Origin: a virus
IMG/VR virus record: IMGVR_UViG_3300021509_000009
DNA: 33,512 bases
Direction: 5' to 3' (one strand)
Of this stretch, positions 9,210 through 17,112 are shown in pieces (positions within the stretch are counted from its first letter, which is position 1; each line of letters opens with the position of its first letter). A model generated the notes under the pieces. That model was not told where the DNA came from. It searched no databases and saw only the letters and a program-made list of their open reading frames with translations. The position numbers and the translations under genes are program-made.

Positions 9210-9989
9210 TTACAAGACATAAATATTTTTACGTTCGCTCTTCAGTTTAAAAAGATAAGGTTTCACATATATATTATCATTATCATCAACACTCAATAAA
9301 ACAGCACCTATATCTGGCTGCCGGAAATACCAACGTGTAACAAATCTTCCTTTTCTTATAGCATTCCATCCAGGAATATAGATAAAATGTTTATTACAAA
9401 TCGAAAAATAACTATAAACATGAAAATGGGCACGTACAATTACAGAAACATCAGGCATTTTAAGAAAATGTTCAGTTAGAACAGCGTTGAATATATCTTG
9501 ATTCATACGTGTACCTAAATACACAGGTCTCGAACCTACACCATGAGCAATATTGATTATAACTCCAGTACCTTTTAGCCGAACATTACTTATAGCACCA
9601 CCAAACTTGGCGTGTAAAACTTCTGCTAAGCCTCTATCCATATCATAATCAATTGAAGAATGATAGCGACTACCACTAATTACTACAACCTTCTTATTTT
9701 CAACAATAGGTTTTAGAAGTTTAACTGCACATTGTAATTGGTCATGCAAATCACAATCAATTACATCTTTACCAAATTCTTTTGAACCTAATCCATGTAC
9801 GATATCACCCATCAAAAATACTGCATCATAATTTGGTAACTTTTCTTGAAGTTCAAGCCATTTCTCATATAGTTCTTCTTGTAAAGGAGATAGTTTTATT
9901 TTCTGACCTTCTCTTGTTATACAATCAGGATGCCATAGACCCTCAATACTTCCGCAATGTAAATCTCCTAATAGTAGAATATTTTTCAT
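9210..9989 (-). CDS. Calcineurin-like metallophosphoesterase
   Basis: GDLHCG, MGDIVHG, IAHG, RAHFH motifs. The GNH motif is replaced by GSRYH. Confidence 0.8.
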   Translation of the reverse strand: MKNILLLGDLHCGSIEGLWHPDCITREGQKIKLSPLQEELYEKWLELQEKLPNYDAVFLMGDIVHGLGSKEFGKDVIDCDLHDQLQCAVKLLKPIVENKKVVVISGSRYHSSIDYDMDRGLAEVLHAKFGGAISNVRLKGTGVIINIAHGVGSRPVYLGTRMNQDIFNAVLTEHFLKMPDVSVIVRAHFHVYSYFSICNKHFIYIPGWNAIRKGRFVTRWYFRQPDIGAVLLSVDDNDNIYVKPYLFKLKSERKNIYVL

Positions 9990-10180
9990 AAAATTATTTC
10001 TCTTATCTTATCATAATCTATTTTTATTTTTTCTTTTGCTAATCCAAGTGAACTTGCTTTTTTCTGTATAGCATTGATAGTTCGATGTGGTAAATATCGT
10101 TCTTTAATAAATTTAGAAGTTATATCTGGTCTCACCCATAATGATTTTAAAATTTCTATTTCTTCTTCACTCCAAAACAT
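9986..10180 (-). CDS. Small Myb/SANT-like HTH DNA-binding protein
   Basis: WSEEEIEILKSLW...HRTINAIQKKASSLGL. Confidence 0.6.
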   Translation of the reverse strand: MFWSEEEIEILKSLWVRPDITSKFIKERYLPHRTINAIQKKASSLGLAKEKIKIDYDKIREIIL

Positions 10181-10181
10181 T

Positions 10182-10583
10182 TTATTTAATAATACCTGTC
10201 TTGTTCAACCAAAGAAGCATTTTAGCGAGTGCATTTTCAAGTTTTTGATCGAATCGGATAATTCCGCCTCCATTTATTGGTTTATAAGATACTTCATAAA
10301 GATTTAGAATATTTTTCGAAATAGAAAAGTAATATAACTCCCCTAGAAATCCGATAGAAGCTGGCATTTTTCCAATTACTTGAGAACTTGTATAAGTAGG
10401 TATTTTTTCTTTAATTCTGGGACGATCCTTTTCATATTCATACATACCTATTACGCAATCACTGAATCCGTCATTCCATACTCGCCAGTAAAATAAAGTG
10501 GGATACACTATATTATTTTCTTTCAGCTGTCTTGCAAGCTCTAAAGAAACAACAATATCTTTAAAGAAAGGATTTGGATACAT
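10182..10583 (-). CDS. Hypothetical virus-type protein
   Basis: VSLELARQLKE...TLFYW pattern resembles small viral proteins. Confidence 0.65.
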   Translation of the reverse strand: MYPNPFFKDIVVSLELARQLKENNIVYPTLFYWRVWNDGFSDCVIGMYEYEKDRPRIKEKIPTYTSSQVIGKMPASIGFLGELYYFSISKNILNLYEVSYKPINGGGIIRFDQKLENALAKMLLWLNKTGIIK

Positions 10584-10704
10584 TTTAATTTATGAACTAA
10601 TTCTATTACATTATTTAATTTGAACTAATTTTATTACTAATCTACTTTTCCAAACTAATTAGAAATCCACCAGAAGATTTCTTGTACATCTTACCTTTAA
10701 ATTA

Positions 10705-11067
10705 TCAAACTTTATAACTACTTCTTTCATTGATATACATTGCTTCCTTTATTTTTGATTGTGATTTTGAAGGCTTAAGTATTTCATTCAAATTCTGAAT
10801 AATTCTTTGTTGATTATCATAAAGTTCTTTTATTGACTTAGCACCAGAATCTCTTAATCTTGCATCAAGATAGGCTTTTAAAGCATTCTCTAATGATACA
10901 AAGAATCCAATAGCATGAAATCCCTCAGCCCAAGGTGATTTATTCTCTTCATCTAAAATTTCTTCATCATCTTCCTTCTTCATCCTTTTATAGAGAATCC
11001 ATTGCATAGAATCGCTGCCTAATTTCCAATTCTCATCTAAATCAATTCTTACATTATTTTTTCTCAT
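10705..11067 (-). CDS. Hypothetical protein (possibly DUF5405-like)
   Basis: GSDSMQWIL...GFFVSLENAL pattern, recalled similarity only. Confidence 0.55.
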   Translation of the reverse strand: MRKNNVRIDLDENWKLGSDSMQWILYKRMKKEDDEEILDEENKSPWAEGFHAIGFFVSLENALKAYLDARLRDSGAKSIKELYDNQQRIIQNLNEILKPSKSQSKIKEAMYINERSSYKV

Positions 11068-11361
11068 TTAATGTGAATCCCAAATCATTTTATCTACTGT
11101 ACTTCGAGAATACGACTTCCCTTCACTTTTAATATTCTTCATTTGTTTATCTAACTTATCCATCCATTCCGATAAACACCGAATCTGTTTAATATTTATA
11201 TCAGTATTTTCTTCCATATCCATAATAGCTTCTTCTAACTTCTCTATTCGTTTTTCTAAATTACTTATGCGTGAAAGTAATCGTTGAGTATCTCGAATAT
11301 TTCCTTCTAACTCTATTTTTAAAACATTTAGTTCTTTAGGTGTTACAACTTCTATTTTCAT
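11068..11361 (-). CDS. Coiled-coil hypothetical protein
   Basis: Heptad pattern and operon packing. Confidence 0.6.
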   Translation of the reverse strand: MKIEVVTPKELNVLKIELEGNIRDTQRLLSRISNLEKRIEKLEEAIMDMEENTDINIKQIRCLSEWMDKLDKQMKNIKSEGKSYSRSTVDKMIWDSH

Positions 11362-11397
11362 TTTTATTTATTTTTCTCCATCAATCTCTTATTTTCT

Positions 11398-11787
11398 TCA
11401 TACTCTATCTCGCTCTTTAAGTAACCGTTCTTTATCTTCCTCTAATCGCTTTATCTTCTCTTCAATTAAAGCTATCCTCCAGTCTAACCTGCCTTTGAGT
11501 AATTCCTTAGAATGCGCTCGCAGATATTGAATCATATCCTTGATTTTTCCTTCATCAGAAGTATAAATCATTCTTTTAAGCCATTTTTCGAGTGCATTAG
11601 CAATATCTATAGGTGTGTCTCCATCAAAGAAAATAGGACTATCCGCAGTAACTGATACTGCTTTTATTGGCATTTCTTTTTCTTCATCAAAAATACCGAC
11701 CCAATTACTCCAACTTACTTCACTTGGATCCATTAAATTAAAATTCCCCTCTCGTACAGAGATTCTATAATACATTTTATCATTCAA
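11398..11787 (-). CDS. Hypothetical protein
   Basis: 129 aa ORF in the operon. Confidence 0.65.
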   Translation of the reverse strand: MNDKMYYRISVREGNFNLMDPSEVSWSNWVGIFDEEKEMPIKAVSVTADSPIFFDGDTPIDIANALEKWLKRMIYTSDEGKIKDMIQYLRAHSKELLKGRLDWRIALIEEKIKRLEEDKERLLKERDRV

Positions 11788-11791
11788 ATAT

Positions 11792-12103
11792 TCAACTCAT
11801 AAGTTCTACTTCTAAATTTTCACCTTCATATTCACATTCTTTGCATATATCGCCCTCTTTTAACTCTTTTCCACATACATAACAAATATTCTTCTCTTCC
11901 CAGTCAATAAGTCTATAATAATTTACATAAGAGCCTTCTAAAGGTCTATAGTCAGGCATTGAACAAGGAACGAAACTCACTTTGCGATTCCATCTATCTA
12001 TCTCTTGAATTTTGCATCTAAAATTCGCCCAAAGTATATAATCACCTACTTTTAATTCATCTAATTTTACAATTTCAATTTTCGCCTTCTTTACTATTTT
12101 CAT
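11792..12103 (-). CDS. Hypothetical protein with C-terminal Zn ribbon
   Basis: CYVC...CKEC. Confidence 0.6.
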   Translation of the reverse strand: MKIVKKAKIEIVKLDELKVGDYILWANFRCKIQEIDRWNRKVSFVPCSMPDYRPLEGSYVNYYRLIDWEEKNICYVCGKELKEGDICKECEYEGENLEVELMS

Positions 12104-12291
12104 TTTTACCTAACCAACAACTTGGACAAATTTCCCAAGCTTCTGCATAGCATTTCCCCACTTCATCTTCATCATCAAATACACACTTAAATTTCTTACC
12201 ACACAACGAACAAATTCTTTCAGTTTCCATTCCATCAGACACTCATATCCTTCGTATAACAAAATATTTTAAGGTAAGAAATAGTAAGATA

Positions 12292-12352
12292 TACCTAAAA
12301 AGAAAAAATTTGCGTGTAGGGCGTCTATGTGCATCTCATACAATTTTAATAA
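12292..12352 (+). repeat. Dispersed ~60 bp intergenic repeat, copy 2
   Basis: TACCTaaaaaGAAAAAATTTGCGTGTAGggcgtcTATGTGCATCTCATACAATTTTAATAAC, preceded by AGGTA at 12272. Confidence 0.75.
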
Positions 12353-13243
12353 CTACTCTTGTAATAAATTTGTATTCCATTCTACTCTTGTTCCTTCATT
12401 CGTAATATAAATATCTGCAACAGTAGTACCCTTAGCTAAATCTCTACAACCCCATGCGCGTAACTGTGAATGTGTTAGATTGATGCCTCGTTCTACAAGT
12501 CCCATGAATAATATATTTTTTGCAATATACTTTGTCTTATCACCGAACGGTGGCAAATCCTCTAATTTCTTTTTTTGGTTTCTTCCACCCGATATGCCTG
12601 CACTCATCTCTGACTTTGTTTGATTTGTAACAATAGCGAATCCACCTGTCTTGAAACACCATTTCTTCAATCTTCCGAATATAGCTGACATCATTAGTAA
12701 AGCCTCTCCTCTTTCTTTTGTTGACATCTCTGCAAATGTAATTAGTACTGGCATACCAATTGAATCTAAAATGACAATATCTATATCATCATCAAGATTA
12801 TAAATAAGGTCTTTCAATGCAACGATATCTAAACATACTACATAGTTATCCTTGAGCATTAATCTGTCTTTCTCTGATAAATTTCTTTCAGTATCAATAT
12901 ATAAAAGTCTATCACCCTTCATCATCGCTTCTTTTGCTAATTGAACTGCTAGTTTTGATTTACCTATCCGACTATCACCGAAGATTTGGACTACATCACC
13001 GTCTCCGAAGAGCTTACGTGGAATTTCCAGACTTTTAAGATTCTTTTTACCTTCTTCTAAAGTATCACCAAATGTCCTCTTCAATTTGCGATCTTTCGAT
13101 TGTTGTTTTGTAAATTCTTTTTGACATTTATAACAAAGCTTTTTACCATCGAATGCATTAGGATTCTCTTGAAGATACTTTATAACACTTTCTGAAAGTT
13201 TCTTTCCACAATTTTCACAAACTATTTCTTCTTCTTCACTCAT
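12353..13243 (-). CDS. RadB/RecA-family ATPase with N-terminal Zn finger
   Basis: Walker A GDSRIGKS, LYIDTE, Walker B IVILDS, IVTNQ. N-terminal CENC...CYKC. Confidence 0.85.
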   Translation of the reverse strand: MSEEEEIVCENCGKKLSESVIKYLQENPNAFDGKKLCYKCQKEFTKQQSKDRKLKRTFGDTLEEGKKNLKSLEIPRKLFGDGDVVQIFGDSRIGKSKLAVQLAKEAMMKGDRLLYIDTERNLSEKDRLMLKDNYVVCLDIVALKDLIYNLDDDIDIVILDSIGMPVLITFAEMSTKERGEALLMMSAIFGRLKKWCFKTGGFAIVTNQTKSEMSAGISGGRNQKKKLEDLPPFGDKTKYIAKNILFMGLVERGINLTHSQLRAWGCRDLAKGTTVADIYITNEGTRVEWNTNLLQE

Positions 13244-13820
13244 TATTTTCTTTTATTATTCGATTGAATATTGAATCCACAAGTGTTTCAGGTGCTTTTA
13301 TACCTTCTACTCTCAGATACTCATTCACCCATAATCGTATATCTTCTGGAGATTTATTACCGCTGGCATTTAAATTCTTAACTACTTCCCTAATCTTTTC
13401 TTCAACTTCCTTTTCGTCTATAATATCTGGACTTGGTGCAGGCTTTCTATAAGTTACATTGTAAATATAATCCCCTTCCTTAATAATAGTAAAAATACTT
13501 CCCTTCATATTAAGGGGGTCTCCGCCGCCCTTTTCAACGATTTCCCACATTTGGGTTGCCAAACCTGAATTCAATTTAAATGCTTTTCTTCTATTATCCT
13601 TTAAGTCCTTCACTAATATTTGTGGCTGTGTCCACTTCACCTCTCTATCATCGAGTCCTGCCTCACCTTCAAAAATCTGAGTAAATGTATCATCCAATAT
13701 CTCTACATTAATTTCCTCCCCTTTATTTTTGGGAGGAAACAAAAACCCTATTCTTTTTTCTCTTTCTTCTGCTCTTCTTCTTTCTTCATCAAATGTACTT
13801 CTATCCCATTTTTTTGCCAT
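13236..13820 (-). CDS. Hypothetical protein (possible ssDNA-binding/recombination accessory)
   Basis: 194 aa, directly upstream of the RadB-like gene. The function is a guess from position only. Confidence 0.6.
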   Translation of the reverse strand: MAKKWDRSTFDEERRRAEEREKRIGFLFPPKNKGEEINVEILDDTFTQIFEGEAGLDDREVKWTQPQILVKDLKDNRRKAFKLNSGLATQMWEIVEKGGGDPLNMKGSIFTIIKEGDYIYNVTYRKPAPSPDIIDEKEVEEKIREVVKNLNASGNKSPEDIRLWVNEYLRVEGIKAPETLVDSIFNRIIKENNE

Positions 13821-13838
13821 TTTTTAATTTACACCTCC

Positions 13839-14147
13839 TTAATAATATTTAGGTAAAAATTCATCTTTTATTTTAAATAAAGGCACTCTTACTCTTTTAC
13901 CTTCAATTAAATTTTTTAATTCATTTAATCTTAAAATATCAGGAGCTAAAGCTAAAGTTATATAAGCTAACTCCCCTGACCTATATACATATCTTGTGGG
14001 AGTACTCCAGTCTATCTCATCTTCTTTAATATCTAAAATTTCAAATTGAGTATTATGACACTGAATACAACGCCATAGTTCATTTGATTGACATTCATGA
14101 AAAGTTTTTCGTTTACAATGATTGCAATACATTTCTTTTACTATCAT
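13839..14147 (-). CDS. Zn-ribbon protein
   Basis: CNHC...CIQC. Start reassigned to ATG 14147, which overlaps the primase TGA (ATGA coupling). Confidence 0.65.
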   Translation of the reverse strand: MIVKEMYCNHCKRKTFHECQSNELWRCIQCHNTQFEILDIKEDEIDWSTPTRYVYRSGELAYITLALAPDILRLNELKNLIEGKRVRVPLFKIKDEFLPKYY

Positions 14148-15034
14148 ATTATATCTTCCAAACCTAATCTTTTCTTTATTCCTTTTCTTAATGGACATGA
14201 CGATAAACAAATATCTTGTTTACAATTAATAACATAATTTCTTTCCATAGTATATTTTATTTGATATGCTGTAATATGACTATCAAAATCAGACCATCCA
14301 CAAGATTTACATTCATTATAAATTTCATCAAAATTCAATCCTCGTTCTTGAAGAATCTTTACATACATCCATCGAATCTTATGATCAACTTCTTTATTCT
14401 TCACCCTGTTAAAAATACATGGTGGATTAAATGATGTAATATTAAACGGAAATCGGACAGCATCTTCTGATGAGATATTTGCATCACATTTTATATCCTC
14501 TTCAAAGTTATCAAGATAATCATAAATATTAAGAAGTTTACCTTCTCGTTTTAGGAAAGTTGTACATAATTTACCACTTTTAATATTGATAGTTCCTGGT
14601 ATTCTTTTTAATCTACGAATATCAAAACAATGTGTATCAATAGTCTTTAATTCTAATTTAGATTGTAAGAACCTTCCAAATTTTTTGAATGTATGATTAT
14701 TAACTGTAATGAATGGGTCTAATTCTATTAGGATGTGAATGCCCTTATAACCCGATACATCAGTTGTATAATTTAAATTTTCTCCCTCTAAGAAATTTAA
14801 AATTTTTACTGCATCATTATTAACATCATCATTATTCCCATCTAAATCAATGAAAAACCAAATAGGGAAAACATTACCAGCATTATCGAATTCCGCGATA
14901 CTCAGGAAACAGTCTTTATATCCATTGTTATTTTCAATAGCTTCAATCAACTCTTCCTTATTTCTTACTTTAAACTGATTAGGATTACCAAAGTATCTAT
15001 AGCGATACTTAGTAAATGATAAAAAATCACGCAT
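14144..15034 (-). CDS. Archaeo-eukaryotic primase (PriS catalytic domain) fused to a PriL-CTD-like Cys-rich domain
   Basis: FIDLD, SGYKGIH, DIRRLKRIPGTIN. C-terminal PPCI...ITAYQI...C-x4-C-x3-CP. Confidence 0.85.
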   Translation of the reverse strand: MRDFLSFTKYRYRYFGNPNQFKVRNKEELIEAIENNNGYKDCFLSIAEFDNAGNVFPIWFFIDLDGNNDDVNNDAVKILNFLEGENLNYTTDVSGYKGIHILIELDPFITVNNHTFKKFGRFLQSKLELKTIDTHCFDIRRLKRIPGTINIKSGKLCTTFLKREGKLLNIYDYLDNFEEDIKCDANISSEDAVRFPFNITSFNPPCIFNRVKNKEVDHKIRWMYVKILQERGLNFDEIYNECKSCGWSDFDSHITAYQIKYTMERNYVINCKQDICLSSCPLRKGIKKRLGLEDII

Positions 15035-15040
15035 TCCAAT

Positions 15041-15307
15041 TTAATTCTTTTCCTTTATAATTTTCCAACCCCTCACTTTCGCAACTTCCAAAAAGTCAAT
15101 CAATGTGTATTCTTCAGCTCCTATAACCAGAAATCCAAGATGGTAAACATCGAAGCATCCCTCTCTATCTAAGTATTTCTTGAATTCAATCCTACCTTCA
15201 GCACAGGTATTTCCGCTTTCATCTATTGCTTTTATAGTCTCTCCGATTCTATATATTTCCGTCCCAATTCTTACTCCACTCTCTACTAACTCTATTTTTT
15301 CATCCAT
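15041..15307 (-). CDS. Hypothetical protein
   Basis: Operon packing. Confidence 0.6.
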   Translation of the reverse strand: MDEKIELVESGVRIGTEIYRIGETIKAIDESGNTCAEGRIEFKKYLDREGCFDVYHLGFLVIGAEEYTLIDFLEVAKVRGWKIIKEKN

Positions 15308-15536
15308 CCCTCATTTTCATTACTATTTTATTTATTGCGTCTTCTACAAAATTCTTTACTCTCCTCCACTCGCTGTGATATAAGATAATACCACAACCGT
15401 CCACTTGATCTTTTTCGTAAGTTGTTATATCTACATATTTATCATTCACCTTTACTACTATCTTTGTCTCATCCCAACCTTCTATTTCTAATCTTTCTTC
15501 CATACTTCCTCTATAAATTGTTTGACTTTTTCCCAT
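15300..15536 (-). CDS. Hypothetical protein
   Basis: Operon packing. Confidence 0.6.
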   Translation of the reverse strand: MGKSQTIYRGSMEERLEIEGWDETKIVVKVNDKYVDITTYEKDQVDGCGIILYHSEWRRVKNFVEDAINKIVMKMRDG

Positions 15537-15666
15537 TCTTGTTTATAAAGTATCAATTCACCTAAATCCTCTTCAGTATCCGCCACCGATTCTCTGTCTT
15601 TTATCTCTACTACGTCATCAAATACTTTTACTGTTATATTTTCTTTGGTGTTGAAATATCCTTGTA

Positions 15667-15849
15667 TTACGAAGGTTCTAAATGCTCAGGAATAGGTGCA
15701 TCAAGAGATTCGTCTTTCATTGAAATAAGTGCACCAAATGCTCCAGCACATTTCATTACAAATTCTTTAAATGTTATATTTTTCCCATCATACAAATCTA
15801 ATGTATAACCTGTAGGCATTTTTATTCTATAATATAATTCTTTCGCCAC
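15667..15849 (-). pseudogene. Truncated member of a conserved virus 'MPTGYT...CARAFGA' protein family
   Basis: MPTGYT...ITFKEFVMKCAGAFGALISMKD..LDAPIPEHLEPS stops at TAA. As recalled, family members continue well beyond EPS. Confidence 0.45.
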
Positions 15850-16120
15850 ACATCACTAAATCCGCTATTACATCACGAACGTCACCATCAGCTACTACTC
15901 TACCTGTCCTAATCCAGTTGCGAAGCATTCTTCGGTCTACTTTCTCGTAATTCCCTCTCCTATTCAATAAAAACACACCTGCTTTTAGATAGTGCCTCAA
16001 TTCTAACTTTCCTAAACGATACTGAACTATATTTCGTCTCCTACGCCCAATTCTAATTCCATTTACTTTTCGTTCGTTTGATATTTCTTTTCTTTTATTA
16101 ATTTTATCTTCATACCACAT
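15827..16120 (-). CDS. Basic hypothetical protein
   Basis: GGTGAT RBS, Arg-rich. Confidence 0.6.
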   Translation of the reverse strand: MWYEDKINKRKEISNERKVNGIRIGRRRRNIVQYRLGKLELRHYLKAGVFLLNRRGNYEKVDRRMLRNWIRTGRVVADGDVRDVIADLVMCGERIIL

Positions 16121-16127
16121 TTAATCA

Positions 16128-16466
16128 TCACCTTTTTAATATCTTTACCATATTTATGCATTCTATTACTCTTTCTGCTATACTATTTGTTATACCGTAT
16201 TTTGCTAAAAGATATATCTTTCTCTGTGTACTATTTCTTAATTTTTTATATTCTTCATCTTTTTCTACTTCTTTTGCAATTTTTCTTATTTCATCCAATT
16301 CGTCAAGCTCTGTTTTCAATAGATTCTCACACTCTTCATAAAATACATAGAAAATATCTGGATTGTGCGGTACTATCGAAATTCGCTTGACTACTACTTC
16401 TTTATTTTCTTCTCGCTTCAGAAAAGCATTTACGCTATCTATTCTCTCAAATCTTTTTATTTTCAT
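16128..16466 (-). CDS. Hypothetical protein (true start 16466)
   Basis: AGGAGG RBS upstream of ATG 16466. The longer track ORF runs through the tRNA-like gene. Confidence 0.65.
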   Translation of the reverse strand: MKIKRFERIDSVNAFLKREENKEVVVKRISIVPHNPDIFYVFYEECENLLKTELDELDEIRKIAKEVEKDEEYKKLRNSTQRKIYLLAKYGITNSIAERVIECINMVKILKR

Positions 16467-16489
16467 ATTTTTATTCCTCCTATTAAGGA

Positions 16490-16617
16490 TGGACGGAGCA
16501 GGAGTCGAACCTGCATTCCCGAACAGATTTATCTCTCTACTCGTCGAAACAAATGTAATATACCGATTTAATTTAAAATGTCTTAGTGTTCGGGTCCTAC
16601 CATTAGATGATCCGTCC
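16490..16617 (-). tRNA. tRNA-like gene with a 63-nt segment in place of the 7-nt anticodon loop; identity undetermined; CCA not encoded
   Basis: Perfect acceptor stem GGACGGA/TCCGTCC plus A73. D arm ATCT-AATGGTA-GGAC. Anticodon stem CGAAC/GTTCG. 5-nt variable region. T arm GCAGG-TTCGACT-CCTGC. Confidence 0.8.
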
Positions 16618-16645
16618 ATAAACAAAGAAAAAAAATATAATAATT

Positions 16646-17080
16646 TCATATTATCTTATTAATATATGTACTTAGAGCTTCTCTATGTTCTTCTTTATCA
16701 AGATATGCAAATCTTCTATGTAATTCTTTGTTAATAAAGACTACATGTGTGTCATCAATATGATGCGCTTCTGTGTTTGGTTGTTTTTCATTCAGAGGTA
16801 TGAATCCGTATCCCCGCTTCCATGCACTCCACTTTGAAAAAATATAAGGGGGCTTTATAACCCCCAATTGAATAAGACCGATTAGCTCATCAATTCCCCG
16901 CTTTCTTCGTCTCCTCCCTCTTTTCTTTAGGACGGACTTATTGCCCAGTCCAGGGCGAGTCCTTCTATACCCGCCTTTATTGGCAGGAAGTTTAGACGGG
17001 GAGGCTCCCGCCTTACTTCCCTCGCCCTCGGTGAATTTATAATTTTCACCTTCCTCTATAATATACTGTGATGTTACCAT
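16646..17080 (-). CDS. Small HNH-like (His-Me finger) protein; start uncertain
   Basis: C-terminal half GFIPLNEK...EAHHIDDTHVVFINKELH. The N-terminal part overlaps a strongly structured GC-rich region. Confidence 0.5.
   Translation of the reverse strand: MVTSQYIIEEGENYKFTEGEGSKAGASPSKLPANKGGYRRTRPGLGNKSVLKKRGRRRRKRGIDELIGLIQLGVIKPPYIFSKWSAWKRGYGFIPLNEKQPNTEAHHIDDTHVVFINKELHRRFAYLDKEEHREALSTYINKII
16837..17050 (-). ncRNA. Candidate structured non-coding RNA (nested stems plus serial hairpins, ends in hairpin + T tract)
   Basis: Stems on the minus strand: GGTGAA/TTCACC; AGGGCGAG/CTCGCCCT enclosing GGAAGT/ACTTCC and AGGCGGG/CCCGTCT (G-U only on the minus strand); GGACT/AGTCC; AATTGA/TCAATT; GGGGG/CCCCC followed by TTATATTTTTT. 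Confidence 0.55.
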
Positions 17081-17112
17081 TTTTTTATTACAATTCATTT
17101 GATTAGTGTTAC

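Noticed and set aside
16490-16617. Pyrrolysine tRNA or tmRNA identity
   Set aside because: The 3' side TAAATCTGTTC resembles pylT, but there is no CT-CTA-AA loop, and the T loop and variable region are canonical, unlike tRNA-Pyl. A D stem is present and there is no G3-U70 pair or tag ORF, unlike tmRNA.
16467-16649. N-terminal extension of ORF 16128-16649 and plus-strand ORFs 16363-16662 and 16365-16571
   Set aside because: They run through the tRNA-like gene, and a strong AGGAGG RBS marks the real start at 16466.
16811-16906. Two extra RAAGCGGGGA words matching the hairpin loop consensus
   Set aside because: They have no flanking perfect 4-bp stem, are not near a start codon, and are in a different codon phase. 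Not counted as copies.
16860-17035. Hammerhead, FMN riboswitch or RNase P identity for the GC-rich RNA
   Set aside because: Only isolated words (TGATGAG, AGGGCG, AAGTCC) match, and the required cores and spacings are missing.
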